Positions 1 through 14,759 of a stretch of DNA of 64,000 nt are shown here, piece after piece (position 1 is the first letter of the stretch; each line of letters opens with the position of its first letter). Made by a program: the position numbers and the translations under genes. The DNA comes from Eledone cirrhosa (taxonomy: Eukaryota): contig OZ024745.1 in NCBI GenBank assembly GCA_964016885.1, positions 54,126,001 to 54,190,000 of the forward strand, read 5' to 3'. The notes below the pieces were generated by a model that saw only the letters and a program-made list of their open reading frames with translations, was not told the origin of the DNA and ran no database searches.

Positions 1-146
1 ACAAAATAACACAAGACAGGGAGGAGAAACGGAGAGTAATAAAAATTATCAATCTAACTAGTGCAGAACCAACACCCAACCTTATCAACTTACTCTCCAA
101 AGGTCTTAAATTCAGACCGACCCCACTACGTCCTAATTACTATGAA

Positions 147-2295
147 ATGAAGGAAGACATCACAGACTTCTGTAGAAAGTTACGACTCAGTGAAGAACTA
201 TTCGACCAGTACAATGAGGATAAATCATTAGCCAGAAATAGAAGCAACTACACCCCATCAAAAGGTAGAAATAAAATCCTGGACGAATTCTGTGAACACA
301 TCATAAACTTCCCTTACCAACACTTGCACAGACAAAAACACAAGCCAAACCTCAACAAGAAAGAATGGGAAGTATTAAATAGATTAAAAACGGACAGAAC
401 TATTACAATTGAAGAGGCTGATAAAGGGAGTAGAGTAGTCCTAATGGAGACAGAATTCTATATCAACATAGCGCTCTCCACTTTGGAAAACGAAACATAC
501 TACGAAAAGGCTGAACACTACAATCAACAGAAAATTATGAGAAACCTAAAAACTCTGATCAACCAATACAAAGAAGGACTCACTAACAAGGAATTCAGCT
601 TCCTCACAGACTTCACAAATAAATCCAGCCTTTCTACGGTATCCCTAAAGTACATAAAAGCGAATTAATAAGTAAGGCATGCAAGGAAGCCACAGACATA
701 GTCATGAATGTCCCCTCACCCAATGATCTCAAATTAAGACCTATAATAGCAGGCGAAACCCGCTTGCGAAACCCACCGCCTTAGCAACTTCATTGATACC
801 CTTCTCAAGCCTTTTCTCAAACACATCAAAAGCTATATAAGGGACGATCTAGATATGCTCAATCACCTCCCTAATATGCCCCTTTCTGAACAAACCCTAC
901 TAGTGACGTTCGATGTAGTCAACCTATACTCCAACATCCCCCACAACCTAGGAATAGAAGCTATCCAATTCTGGCTGGATAATTACCACAATGAACTCCC
1001 ACAACGCATCAAAAAAGAATTCGTGATAGAGGGACTCAAATTTATCTTGGAGAACAATTACTTCGTTTTCAATAACAAATCCTACAGGCAGAAATCTGGG
1101 ACCGCTATGGGAACGAAAACAGCCCCACTTATGCCAACCTAGTCATGGGATACCTGGAAATCACCCTCTACACTAAAGTACTAAACAAATTTGGAAACAC
1201 TCTCCACTTACACATAGAAAAGAACTGGAAGCGATATCTAGATGACTGCTTCATCCTTTGGCACGAAAACATCGTGAAACTTAAAGAATTTCACGCCCTT
1301 ATAAATGGGCTCAACACGAATATTAACTTTACGATGGAATACAGCCATCAACAACTCCCTTTCCTCGACATCCTCATTAAGATTCATAACAAAAAATAGA
1401 AACAGACATATACTACAAGCCCACAGACTCCAAGCAATATCTTCCTTTCAACTCTTGCCACCCTAGACACGTTAAAATTAATATTCCCTACAACTTAGCC
1501 AAGAGAATCTGTACTATAGTCTCCAATAAAAACACCTGTTACTTACGGCTACAAGAACTAAAGGACACACTCATAGGCAGGGACTACCCTGCATCACTAA
1601 TTGACAATGGAATCCAACGTGCCCTAAAACTCAGTATCCAGGACCTTAGACACCCTAAAGTAAATCAACCGAAACTAAAAGCTCTTCCATACATCTCCAC
1701 ACACAACCCCCTCAGCAATGAGGCCTTTGACACCATCCCCCAGAACACCCCTGTGTTAAAAAAGGACCCTAGGATGAACCAAATCCTTCGAACACACGAC
1801 ATCATAAAGAGCAAAAGACAATCTAAGTCAATGAAAAACATCCTAACACATGCCAAAGTACTGCCAACCACAACAATGAAACCCACAGTAAAAAAATGCG
1901 ATAGACCCAACTGTGGTATATGCATCAACCTAATAGAGGGTTCAGAATTCTATTTCAAAGAAGTACAACGTTTTATAGTAAAACACAATTTCACATGCGC
2001 ATCAGAAAATCTAATATATGTATTAACTTGCTCAGGTTGTCGAGAACAATACATAGGCCAGACCAAAATACAGCCTCCGCCAACGCATGACTGTCCATAG
2101 ATCCCAAATTAAAATACGGGAATACAGGAAAATACCACTGAGTGAACACATTGATACCTGTGCCGCCCAAAATCATCCCAACTTTAGAATCTTCCCCTCT
2201 ACAAATTTAAAGATAATGCCAACCACACCCAGCGCATCAGCAAGGAATCTCACTTTATTAACAAATACGGACCCCGTCTAAATACTTCTCCCTAA
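147..2295 (+). pseudogene. PLE reverse transcriptase + GIY-YIG endonuclease, multiple frameshifts
   Basis: ORF fragments 147-668, 855-1142, 1145-1399, 1753-2100 and 2087-2281 form one collinear RT-EN protein across different frames. Confidence 0.9.
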
Positions 2296-2968
2296 GATGA
2301 ACCCACAACATACATACGTCAACATACATACCTACATCAGCATACATCCTACATACATCTCTATCCACATATAAACACAATGACATACGTAAACACACAT
2401 GTTCTATGGTGCAACACAAATATACACAAATTTGCATACCTTTTGATGTCTATAGATATAAACGTGCCGACACACACACATATACGCACACATGCATTGC
2501 ACACTGATGGGCACATACATATTTGTACACAAGTATTCCCATACGGCAGGGAAAAATGGATCCCCCTTGCAGTACGTACAATCTGGACACTCACACACAC
2601 CTTGGTGCTATGACAATACTATATATCATTTCACCCCTTTATTATTAATGTTTTTGATGTTCTTTTGAGAGAATCGTTTTCGCAAATTACTGAAAATATC
2701 GAATAATGTACACCATTTTTACCAGTATCACAAAAATACTGGTCCACTCACACACACCCACACACACACACATATATACACACATATACACACACACACA
2801 TATAAACACACACATACACACGCGTACACTAACATACAAACAGACATACACACACACTTCTCCGTATAAGACAAGAGCTGAAAAATATCTTTCAACATGT
2901 TAAAATATCCCCCACACACGTACAGACACATTTCTACTGACCGAATCCCTCTACCACAAATCACTCTG

Positions 2969-3044
<76 letters not shown>

Positions 3045-3461
3045 TTGTCTTAATAGACACCTGAACTGTTGACCTTTCAACATGACTGCAATTCACACAC
3101 ACATCCCTACTGACCATTATCACAACAATGAACCTCTTTACTACACACACACACACACACACACACACATATTTGTCTTAAAAGATTTATTTTTCAGAAG
3201 GACACTCTTCGACAAACCTACATTTGGCGCAAAATCAATTTTTAACATTCACGTGACCTCTACCGACCAATTAAAATTGTTTTGATTACAAGAATGTTTG
3301 CAACACGAATTGGCGCGAAACTTATAGTACTCATTCACGTGACATTCAACAACCAACCAAATCTTAATACCTCTGGAACCACTTTTTTCACATATAACAG
3401 GTAGAATTTCCAAAACTGATCAGATTAGAGCAAACATCACGGGCGCTCTATCTCAAAATTA

Positions 3462-3498
3462 TTTTTGAAAAGCATTAGAAATGCGCAACCGGTAAAAA
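3462..3498 (+). ncRNA. Minimal hammerhead ribozyme, U3-A8 core, GAAA mutated to GCAA (probably dead)
   Basis: ttt TTGAAAA gcatt aga aatgc GCAA ccgg TA aaa; ACCGGT palindrome as stem III. Confidence 0.65.
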
Positions 3499-3608
3499 AC
3501 TTAAAACTAAAACCGAATACTAACCAATACTTGTTACTAATTTTTACTTATTCTTAATTAAACTATTTTTCACTGGGAAAAATTTGTCAGCATTTTCTTT
3601 TCCTTTTA

Positions 3609-3678
<70 letters not shown>

Positions 3679-5249
3679 TGTGTGTGTGTGTGTGTACATA
3701 GAGTGAGAGAGAGAGAAAGAGAGAGATATGTAAAATCCCGACTGCGGCGCCAGCAGGTTTCTCTATACCCACACTACATCACCCCACGTATCGAGTACTC
3801 ACAGGATTAATGGTCTCCCCGGTCTCAGCACAGGAGATTCGACATTATATATATATATATGTATATATACAATCCGATTGAACCCGGGATAAATATATAT
3901 ATATATATAAAGAATTCAAATACAAATAGAGGTATCCACTTAAGTTATATATATATAATATATATCAAGATATCGATAAAATCAATGTATCATAATTAGC
4001 TGTAATCATGAAAAAACCAAATAAGCCAAAGTGTTGAAATATTGTGTAAGATCAGGATAATTGAAGACAAAAGTATTACAGAGCATAATATAAGATTGGA
4101 AAAGATATCCATCAAATCAAGAATATTTACTTTTCGATAAATGTTACGATTAGTGCAGATACAAATACAATTAGTTCACAATTACTATTAAAAAAACATT
4201 GCATTATCGGTAGAAACACATTGATAATACATTAATTTATCTGCACCATCTCTTCAGGATAAATAAAAAATTATCAAAACTGATGTGTCAACTGATATTG
4301 GTAGAAATGCCAGGCAGTCACCAAAATAACCAATACTGAAAGGACAAATAATTTACTCATATTGGAGTAAGTTATATTTGCAATTTACAAAGAATAAAGT
4401 ATAAATTTACTAGTTCAGTGTAAATTTACTAGTTCAGTGTAAACAAAAAGCAATATGCCAAAACAAAAAGGGAAATAAATCCAGATAAATAGAACCGAAT
4501 ACAGACGGTGTCAATTAGCTGTTTAAATTATTTACTTAAAAGATGAGACCGGCAAACGAAGGCCCGGAACAATTATTTACGACAAGCGCATGCGCACATA
4601 TATATATTTAAACGCAACATATGTGCAGGAAACATTATAAACACAACAGTAATGTAAGAGAAGCGTTCAATACACACGCGCACACATTAATATTTCCGAA
4701 GTATATAAAGAGTTTATAAATATGCAGTTACCCTTCGATTACTATATAAAGTAATTCGTGATACACCTTACTTACTTGTACACAATACTTTCTGCGTCGT
4801 TAGTATTTATTCTAAAGTACCCAATCTAGTTTTTAAGGGGTTAGTCAATCGAAACGTATAAGTAGCTTTTTAAAATTTAACCTAATTTTTTTTTTAATGA
4901 TGTGAGTGTGAATATTCACAGACATATAGATATTCAGACATACATTAATAGGACCTGCCGATGATTTTTCCCGTGAGTCCTGGTCATAAGGTTTTTCTAA
5001 TCTTTTGGAAACATCGAATGACATTATATGCAGCTGATTCAATTGCATCAGCTCATATAAGACGTGATAATGTAACTGTTATAGATCGGAGTAGTATATT
5101 TGTTCCCACACTGAGCCCTTTATCCACCGTTTCACGTATTGTGTCCAGTCTGACTTGCGGATTTGTATTTACAATATGCGATATTTGTAAATTCATTTGT
5201 GGATGGTAAGTGGGCTATACGTAATCATATATATATATAGAGAGAGAGA

Positions 5250-5432
5250 GAAAAAAAGATGAAATCGAAAATGCAACTGGAGTCTTATTTTAAAAAAATA
5301 TATATATTTTTTTAAATAAGACTCCAGTTGCATTTTCGATTTCATCTTTTTTTCTTTATACTTTCACTCGTGTAGGACACCTCGGTTATTTTTCATTCTG
5401 TAAATAAAAACAAAAAAAAACAAAAACCTCAC

Positions 5433-5438
<6 letters not shown>
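5250..5438 (+). mobile_element. Solo fold-back fragment of the Neptune-like family-B pLTR 3' end
   Basis: Near-perfect palindrome of about 105 bp (5250-5355) plus tail. The sequence matches the reverse complement of 30120-30245 and 55318-55445, and is flanked by (TA)n. Confidence 0.85.
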
Positions 5439-5528
<90 letters not shown>

Positions 5529-5943
5529 TGCAAGAAATGTCATTAATAATTTGAACAAATAATAAATATGTTTGAGTTTAAGAAATCGGAATAGAATATG
5601 TGCCGGAATCAGTAAAATATAAAATTTTAGTGCAAAATGAGATGTATGGAAAACCCAAACCATTCCAGCATAGACCTATAGAAAATATTCCTTGCTTGAA
5701 GAATTAAAACGAATGTAGTAACAGACAAAACAACTATATAAGCATAGACATGTAAGCTTACCTGGAAGTCTAAAAAAAAAAAAAAAGCCCCTCCCCCCCT
5801 AAAATGCAGAAAGAGTTATAATAAAATAAATAAATCTGGCTTATTAAAAATAAAATGAATTAGATAGGGGAAAATAAATATAGTCGAATTCAGTGGTTTA
5901 TATATATATACATGCATATATATATATATCCAAACACACTCAC

Positions 5944-5976
<33 letters not shown>

Positions 5977-6229
5977 AACATGCACACACGCACACACACA
6001 CACATATATATATATATACATACATATGTATATTTATATATATATATATATAAAAATGTATGTATACCGCTGCATACGATTATATATATATATATATATA
6101 TATAATCGTATATATGCACGCACATGTAGAGAACAATTTTGTTTGTTGTGGTACAAAATCCTAAAACTGCTTAGTAAAAGTTTATGTTGGAATTATGTTC
6201 AGTCTTCTATATGTTAATTTATATGAGAT

Positions 6230-6840
6230 AAATAGGTATTATCATGCCGAACCACGTATTCGTTCACGTCTGTCGAACATACATGTCAGCGAACTTGAAA
6301 TTTATGCAATAATTCTAGGAGGTGCAGGTGATGAAAATCATCGGCTGTTGTCTGTAATTTATCAGTATGTGTTCATATGTGTGTGTGTCTATGCGGGAGA
6401 GTTTTCTTTGAAAGTCTCAAGGAACAACTTGGACTTATCTCAGTAAGTGAAAAATATCTCAATCATTTGATTGGATATTGGAGTAGGAAGACGCATATTC
6501 TAACGTTGTTCTGTGAGGTAGGGTTCATAGGATTTGATTTGTTCTTAAATGCCAGCACCTCATTTAAATCTGCTAACGTGATGCTGGGAGTCTCTTTACC
6601 TTTCAATTTCAACATATGTTTTGAAAATGCCATAGTTTTCTTCTTGATAGCGATGACGGAGCAATATCTTATACTGATGCAGGGGACTATTATACATAAT
6701 TTGGTGATGGCTAATAGATGGAGACATCAGTATATATTGTCTTTTAGACAGAAAGTCTCTATACTTCGACAATTCTTTGTTGAAAATTTGCTCTATATTT
6801 GGTTGCAGTATACTCCAATATCGCATAACAATTATTTTGT
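6230..6840 (-). mobile_element. Very degenerate LINE C-terminal relic
   Basis: Minus-strand fragments YGIFK, EPYL, SNQMIE and ADDFHHL resemble the ENYL / SNH.L.IE / GDEFHYL C-terminus of LINE ORF2. Confidence 0.35.
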
Positions 6841-6997
6841 GGGTAATGTTATATAAATCATAGACGTTTCAGAATGAACCAGTTCTTTCCACCTCAATCT
6901 TGCAGAGAAGCGGCACAGATGGGTAATGTTACATAAATCACAAATATTTAAGAACGAATTAGTTCCTGTCACCTCACTCTTGCAGAGAAGATGCACA

Positions 6998-7310
6998 GTC
7001 GTTAGAACGTCAGATAGAATGCTTTGCGTTAGTCGTTTTGGCTTTCTGTTCTCTGAGTTCTAATCCCACTGAGGTCAACTCTGCCTTTCATCCATTCGAG
7101 GTCGATAAAAAAGGACCAGTAAAGTACTGGGATCGAATATTCCTTTATATTCTTTCCCACTTTCTTTTTGTTACTCATTGTATCCTTCTCTAGAGGAAAT
7201 CTGCTGTGTTCAGACCAGGAGAGGAGATGGGCTCCGCCAAGTTTAAAAGTGCCCTAGAAACGCCGGATCTCAATGCGAGGTTCTTACGATTCTCTTAAGA
7301 GTTACGGGAA
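6998..7310 (+). mobile_element. tRNA-derived SINE with Meta/Sauria-type central domain
   Basis: B-box-like gagttctaatccc followed by gcctttcatccattcgaggtcgataaaa...ccag. The downstream tail is shared with the copy at 27385-27550. Confidence 0.7.
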
Positions 7311-9351
7311 CATACCTATATGTGCGTACGTTCATACATACATATCTATGTATGTATGTATGAACGTACGCACATATGCATGTATATATGCATGCATTTA
7401 TATATGTGTTTATGTATATATATACTGTGGTAGAAATTTGGTAGAAATATCCAAGGGAAAGAGCACTCAGTCCTTACGAAGAGTTAAGTAAAATTTGTTA
7501 CAACAGTGACATATATCTTTCAGCCTGTTATATGTAATATAATATATATATGTATATGTGTGTGTGGCATATATATGCATGTATGTGCATATATATGTAT
7601 CTTCTCCTCCTGCAAATATGTTATATAGGTTATGTAGAAATACTACACCAACTGCAACAGTATATTTAATGTAATAACACAACAGAACTAACACTGGCAC
7701 CAACGATAATAAATATAACAATATGGAGAAATGATGATTTATTGTTTGGCACAAGACCACCATACATTTATGCAGTAAGGGAATGGCCGAATAGTTTATC
7801 TACTGTAAGTATAATACTGATACTTGATACGTTGACCCAAGAGGAATAAAATCAAATTCAACACCATTCGGGTTTTGAACTTAGAATGTAATTAAACAAC
7901 GTGTCATTTTATCTGATTCTCTACCGACTTTTGCTTTTGCTATATGTTGCTCTGAATAGGAAGAGCAAAGTAAACAACGCAACAATGGAAAACGAGAAAA
8001 CAATCGTATGAAAATCAACATAAAATCATCTTAAGAATATAACTATGACAATTGTATTAATATTGATACTGATAATATTACCAATAATAATAAAGATAAC
8101 GTTGATGATGATGAGGATGATGAGGATGAGGAGGATGAGGAGGATGAGGAGGAAGATAAAGATGACGGTGATGATGATGCATTAGTAAATAAAAATGATT
8201 AGAAAGCAAATGCTCAACTTCAGAAAACATTATGTCTACTGGGAAATATTCAGTTACTTAAGAGAATAAGTTGATACCTAAAGCCAACGCATACGAACCG
8301 CTGTCTAGCTAGCAAATTAATGCATATAAAGGTCACCCATGCAACAATAATATGAACAACGACTACAACAACACCAACAACTACAGCAAATACAACAACA
8401 ACAATAATAGCAGCAATATAAATCGATTAATAATTTAAATAGAAAAACAGAAATAGGAACAATCTATAAAAGGTGGATTGCTTCTAAATTGTCACTGCTT
8501 CTGTAAGAACTAACAGCTATATCAAACTCATATGAACCCCGCACCTTAGGACTATCTTATTACACGAGACAGAACAAGTTGGGTAATGTAGTCATAGATA
8601 AAAATCTGAAAATAGGACTGTATGGTCACGGCTGGAGCACATTTGATCATAAGTCAGTTAGATTAAAGTAGACTTAGGAGCTAAACACTAAAACAACAGC
8701 CACATCACCATAAACATAAATAAAAAAAAAACAATCATCTACTAAAACAGCAATAATAACATCAATAAGAACAACAACAATAAGAACAACAGAAAAATAA
8801 GAACAACAACAAAAGAAGAAACAATAACGAAAACAGCAAAATAACAACAAAGTAAGAATTGAAACGGCAAAGCAAAGTAACAACAACAACAACAGCAATA
8901 ACAATGATTACATTAGCAGAGGTATTTTTTTTTTTTTTTTTTTACTCATCAGAAGTTTCAGCCTTTACAGAAACTTTCATTAATATGAAATCACTGGGAA
9001 ACTTCCATCGATTCCAGACACATTGGGGAGTATACAATACATGCACCGCTGCATATGACTAGCTCTGCATCCTCTAATAGCTATATGTATTCTAAAACAC
9101 ACAAACACATGACCAAGCACACACATACATATGCTCGTACATAAACACACACACATATATAGCCACACTTGTATACAGACTCTCAAACACGTATACATTC
9201 ATTAACATACATATATACGTAAACATGTGGATATATATTTGCAAAATCTTAGACACATCAGCATATGTGTGCTCAAATATCTTTCTCTGCCTTTCTTTCT
9301 TTCTTTCTTTACCCTCTATGTCTTCTTATATATATGTGAGTATGTATGCAT

Positions 9352-9433
<82 letters not shown>

Positions 9434-9505
9434 CATATACACACACACACACACATATATATATATAAATATATAAATATATAAATACACACACACACAT
9501 ATATA

Positions 9506-9540
<35 letters not shown>

Positions 9541-9624
9541 TGTATAAATGTAAATTTCTCTATACAGATACACACACACACATATATATGTATATATTGT
9601 ATAAATGTAAATCTCTCTATACAC

Positions 9625-9703
<79 letters not shown>

Positions 9704-11559
9704 CACACACACATTTACATATATGTATATGTGTGTGTATTTATGTGTATCTACGAAGTTAATAAGGAATCTAAAATAAAAGCGTACTAAACGTGGGTAC
9801 TGTTTTGATGCATTTTTATACAATGTGCAACCACACAGAAAAGTGCATTAGACAGCTTCACATGCAAATTAAAACAGTTTAATATAATAAATATATGATT
9901 AAAACCGTATAATACAATATAATAAATACCTAGCAGAAATGTGAAACAATATTCTATTAACGCATATTTTTTAGCCATCTATTGATTTTATTTTGAACCG
10001 AGGTGTACATATTAGTTAGACATAGTCTCCTCATTTTAAGTAGAACACCATAATAGAGTTAATCTGTTGCTCAGTTTAACATCACCTGTTGTCTCTTGGG
10101 TGTATTTAGCGGATTCCAATCTGATGTACTTTCGTATCACAATCACAACCTCGGCTTTAGAGTAACTTTATATTTTATTTCCACTATGTTGGTAGTTATT
10201 CCTCTGAATAATCCACACAAACTCATACTAACACCCACAGTCACACACATACACACACATGTGCACACACGCACACACACAAAAGTATTTTGGTGAAGAT
10301 TTTAGATTGGTATAAGATCGACATTTTGCTTTGTACAAACTGAATATTTTGGATAAGCGGAGAATCAAGATTTTGGTCAGATTTGACTCGACTCTATAGT
10401 TGATATTTTGGAGAGTTGTAGGGTTAACATATTCGGGAACGTTTTGCTTACCGAATATTTAAGAGAGAGATAAATCTAGACAATGCAACGGAACGACAGC
10501 AGTAAATTTTGATCAGATATTTCTATAAAATGTATCTTTATTTGAACGTAGCAGCTTAATGAAAGAGCCTTTTAGGGGTCGTAAAGAATGCACTCTTTCT
10601 GCAAATCACACCGAAATTGGTGAAGCGGGACGGAGGAATGTAATCGCAAATCAGAAACCTGGTTCAAATAATTGCACCAGAATCGATTTCACTAAAGGTA
10701 CCTTAGGACCATGTGGTGGTGTTAAACCGGTCGACAGATTACGTTTATCACCCAATTAGGCCACAGGGGGATTTGAGCCTAGAACAAAAAGAGCCGCATC
10801 AAATAAGGATCTGTACTGTACACCAGACTGGGACGTTGTTTATTAACCGTAAAAAATGAAATGTAAAGTTGATAAAAAGAACATTACAGCACCTGTTTAA
10901 CGCTGACTGTATGTATATATGGTACCGTAACTGCTGATAAGGTCGTAGCGGCGCCGCATTGACATACGGCGGTACTTGGGCATTTTAAGCTCGGTAAAGA
11001 CCATCCAGGCTTGAGTACTGGAGATTTATTACAGAGAAAGATAGAAAGTGTGAGAGAGAAGAAATGCGAAAGAAATATAGAAGCAGAATCGACTCCAGTA
11101 CTACACTGTGTAAGAACGTCAAACAGTAACATTGTAAGAACGTCAAACATTTAGTGACGACCACTCACTCGATGCTCAGGCAAATTAAGCTAATATCTAA
11201 TAGAGAATTTTTATATATATATACACACATCTATATGAACAGTCAGTTTTGAATTTTTAAAATCTCGTTTGCCTTACGGAACATACGCACACACATCTAT
11301 GTATACACACTAGGGTTGCACCGATTAATCGGCAGATAAATTATATTGGCCATATCGACCAATTTGCCAATTAATCGGAATGCGCGTTTGAGAAAACATT
11401 GGATTCAACATGCAGAAATTCACAAAGAAACGTATTATTTCATATAGTATACATAATCTAAACTGACCTGTGTAATGTTACTAGGGCTCGAACATCTGTA
11501 ATTGGCCAATTTGCTTATTGATGCACGTTCTAGTGATGAGTATCCCAATTGTTTAATCA

Positions 11560-11742
11560 ATGGAATAGCCTGGTGATGAAATTAACGTGTGCGTTGCTGA
11601 GCTTCCAACAGACACGTGTACCCCTAATATACTCTCAGGGATTTTCAGACTTTTAAGCCACAGGTATCACTCATGTTTATCAGTTGTGTGGACTCGTGCA
11701 AGGTGAAATAAAGCATGTTACTCAAGGACACAACGCGCTACC
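11560..11742 (-). mobile_element. SINE fragment (second family)
   Basis: The reverse complement contains gcgttgtgtccttgagtaacatgctttatttcacc, typical of tRNA-SINE head/core junctions. Confidence 0.5.
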
Positions 11743-11750
11743 CATCTTCA

Positions 11751-11878
<128 letters not shown>

Positions 11879-11884
11879 GATATA

Positions 11885-12392
11885 TAAATAAAATAAAATA
11901 AAATAAATAAATAAATAAATAAATAAATAAATACATACACAAGCACAATAACAACAAACACATAAACACATATTAGTCACCCAATCACGAACACACATCA
12001 CACATCAAACAAAACACTATACACACACGCAAACGCATGCGCAAAGAAGACAAAATAAAATAAACAAACAAGCAAATAAATAAATAAATATATAGACAGA
12101 CTGAATAAAAATGGCGTAGCCATACAATTCAACAGGAGGAAACAATAGCACCACTGACGATGTTGCAGATGTGCAACGAAAGATTTATGATAAACTATAT
12201 ATATGTGTTTGTGTCTATATTGTATCTGTATTATTTTTGACCGTCGGTCAGTCAATGGCAACATTGAGGACCGAGTAAATTAGATTACCGATATAAAAGA
12301 CACAGAAGCGAAAAGCGAAAACCAACCAAACAGTGAATGTGTTCTGTTATTAATTCTGGCAATATTACACAAATATGACCCTCCCCAAGTAT

Positions 12393-12400
<8 letters not shown>
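11885..12400 (+). mobile_element. Solo pLTR of a second Naiad-like PLE family
   Basis: Shares aaaatggcgtag, gcatgcgca and the terminal atgaccctccc.aagtataacaatat motif with the pLTR at 24875-25332. Contains an HHR and is flanked by (TA)n. Confidence 0.75.
12150..12191 (+). ncRNA. Minimal hammerhead ribozyme
   Basis: acca CTGACGA t gttgca gatg tgcaac GAAA gatt TA tgat. Confidence 0.75.
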
Positions 12401-12447
<47 letters not shown>

Positions 12448-12534
12448 TGTGTGTGTATGAGCATATATATATATATATAAATATATATATTCAAATATAC
12501 GTGTGTGTGTATGTGCGTATATATATATATATAT

Positions 12535-12581
<47 letters not shown>

Positions 12582-12584
<3 letters not shown>

Positions 12585-13673
12585 CTCGTTTTGAAACACG
12601 AAAGCATCAAAAGATCATATTCCATTACAAAAGATGCACAAAGATACAGTAATGGACTACAAGTTTCAGAAGTCCCATTTACTGCTGAAATGGAAAACAC
12701 AGAAAAAACAAAGCAGGTAAAAGTAACTGCAAAGAAAGAACTGCTACAGAAACTGGCTAAGAAATGGCAAGAAAAGCCTCTGTATGGAAAATACCCAGAG
12801 CGAGCTAACAATCCTGATGTTGACAAAACTTTAACCCATCAGTGGTTGGCATCCTCTGGACTGAAATCGGAGACTGAAGGACTGATTATATCGGCACAAG
12901 ATCAGTGTCTGCCAACAAAAAATTACCAAGCCAACATAATAAAAAATGGGTGCAGCCCATTATGCCGTGTATGCAAAAAACAACCAGAGACCATTGACCA
13001 TATAATTTCAATGTGCAGTCCTATAGCTCCAACCGAATACCTAAACAGGCATGACAGAGCTGCACAATACATACATTGGATAATGTGTAAGCATTTTGAC
13101 CTGCCCCATCAAAAGAATTGGTGAGAGCATCAACCACCTCCCATACTTGAAAAAGATCACATCTCAATCTTGTGGAACTTTAGCATCCAAACAGACCGAA
13201 AAATAGATGCAAATAGACCTGATATAATATTGAAGGACTTTAAAAAGAGGGTATGCCTGCTAATTGATATGTCTGTTCCAATAGACAAGAATGTATCTAT
13301 AAAAAACATTTGAAAAATTGAGCAAGTATAAGGACCTGGAGATAGAAATTGGAAAAATGTGGAAATTGAGAACTAAAACAATACCAGTGGTTGTAGGCGC
13401 TCTGGGAATGATACCTAAGGGGTCTAATGATTACTTATCGTAAATCCCAGGAAACCCGCGTATAGGAGAAATACAAAAGATAGTACTAATGGGAACTGCC
13501 CATATACTAAGGAAGATTCTGTCAATATAAGTACATCACAAGTCTAAACACTAAAGATGCATGTGTGAATATGTATGTTCTTTCTTGAACATGGCGGACC
13601 TTGTTGTCTCTTGAGGTCACTGGTTGTGACTTGGTGATAACTCGTATGAACATAAAGCAAGATAAATGCAACT
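12582..13673 (+). mobile_element. 5'-truncated R4/Dong-clade non-LTR retrotransposon inserted in (TAA)n
   Basis: GLKSETEGLIISAQDQ, CRVC..ETIDHIISMC (CCHC), RHD and NRPDIIL..LIDMSVP..EKLSKYKDL (restriction-like endonuclease). It has stops and a frameshift, and (TAA)n tracts on both sides. Confidence 0.9.
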
Positions 13674-13734
<61 letters not shown>

Positions 13735-13754
13735 TAATAATAATAATAATAATA

Positions 13755-13840
13755 AATTTGAAGACTAAAATCCAAAGAGGTTTCAGAAGATCCCGTTAAG
13801 GGTGAAAGCATCGATTCTTTGCTTAAACTTTAATCTGTTA

Positions 13841-13846
<6 letters not shown>
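13755..13846. mobile_element. Mini PLE pLTR insertion (inverted 3' tip + HHR), same family as 47247-48900
   Basis: aaatttgaagactaaaatccaaagagg is the reverse complement of the 48865-48891 terminus and is joined directly to the CAGAAGA hammerhead (13780-13829). Confidence 0.8.
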
Positions 13847-13897
<51 letters not shown>

Positions 13898-14623
13898 ATA
13901 TATACATATATATGTATGTGTATATATATATATATATACGTATATACATGTATACATATATATATATATATGCGCATGTTTGCATATGTGTGCACTTGCA
14001 TATACTCGCGTTCTTATATACACCTCTGTCAGTATGTGTGTGTGTGTGTGTATGTGTGTGTGTGCCTGGGGTATTCTGGAAAATGTCGCTTGTAAAAGGT
14101 CATAAAAGCCGAACCCCACTTGGAGCTGCTTTGTTCATGCAAGGAGCTTGAGGTGTCTCTTCTGTTGTTTTATATATAACTGATTCTATCATGTCAAGTC
14201 TTCCGCTCAGCTTTGGTAGTTTATTGTAATTTAAAGCATTTACATTTTCAGAGCAATACGCCTTTGAAGAATGTTTTTCTTCTCTTTATGTGTATGGCCT
14301 GAAGTCTAGCATGTCTTTATACACATTCAGAAGACGGCAAATGAATGAACATAAGATTTTACAAGCCAAAAAGATCTGATTATATTCGTATGGATGAATG
14401 ATAGCATTCACACAAGACTAATAAAATGTCGGAAAGAAAGAATAATTCATATGGCATGGTAAACGAATGACATAGCACCAAATGCAAAAGAAAAAAAATT
14501 AGAATTGTAAATAGAAAAAAAAAAAAATATATGTAAAGTGAAAAAAATAAAAGCGGTCTTGATGGATCAGTGCAACAATATTTAAATGTTATGGCTGATT
14601 AATTCTGACTAAAGGAATCGATT

Positions 14624-14676
<53 letters not shown>

Positions 14677-14759
14677 ACGTTATATATTTTGCAAACCAGC
14701 TCGTATTTTAACATGGCTTCCTCTACTGGGTAGCAGAAGAGGTCCACACCACAACAATG

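Larger units (their letters stand above)
1..3612 (+). mobile_element. Penelope-like element (Neptune-like), cut by the window start, frameshifted ORF, long 3' UTR/pLTR ending at (TA)n
   Basis: Consecutive ORF pieces carry PLE RT motifs (EADKGSRVV, DVVNLYSNIPH, GTAMGTK, WKRYLDDCF, LPFLDI, YYKPTDSKQYL), a KCDRPNCGIC Zn-finger linker and GIY-YIG (LIYVLTCSGCREQYIGQT). An HHR motif lies near the 3' end. Confidence 0.9.

Noticed and set aside
3732-3812. Minus-strand HHR-like remnant (ctgtga...gaaacctgc..gcagtc)
   Set aside because: It needs several indels in the core and is too degenerate to call.
4828-4868. HHR-like remnant (GAAA cgtataag TA gct)
   Set aside because: The CUGANGA core is missing (ttttaagg).
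6841-6997. Tandem duplication of about 79 bp
   Set aside because: Ordinary local duplication with no spacers; not CRISPR-like.
8100-8180. Acidic-looking (GAT/GAG)n run
   Set aside because: Trinucleotide SSR with no surrounding ORF or splice support.
11310-11400. hAT-like terminal sequence tagggttgcaccgat
   Set aside because: No matching second TIR or target-site duplication was found.
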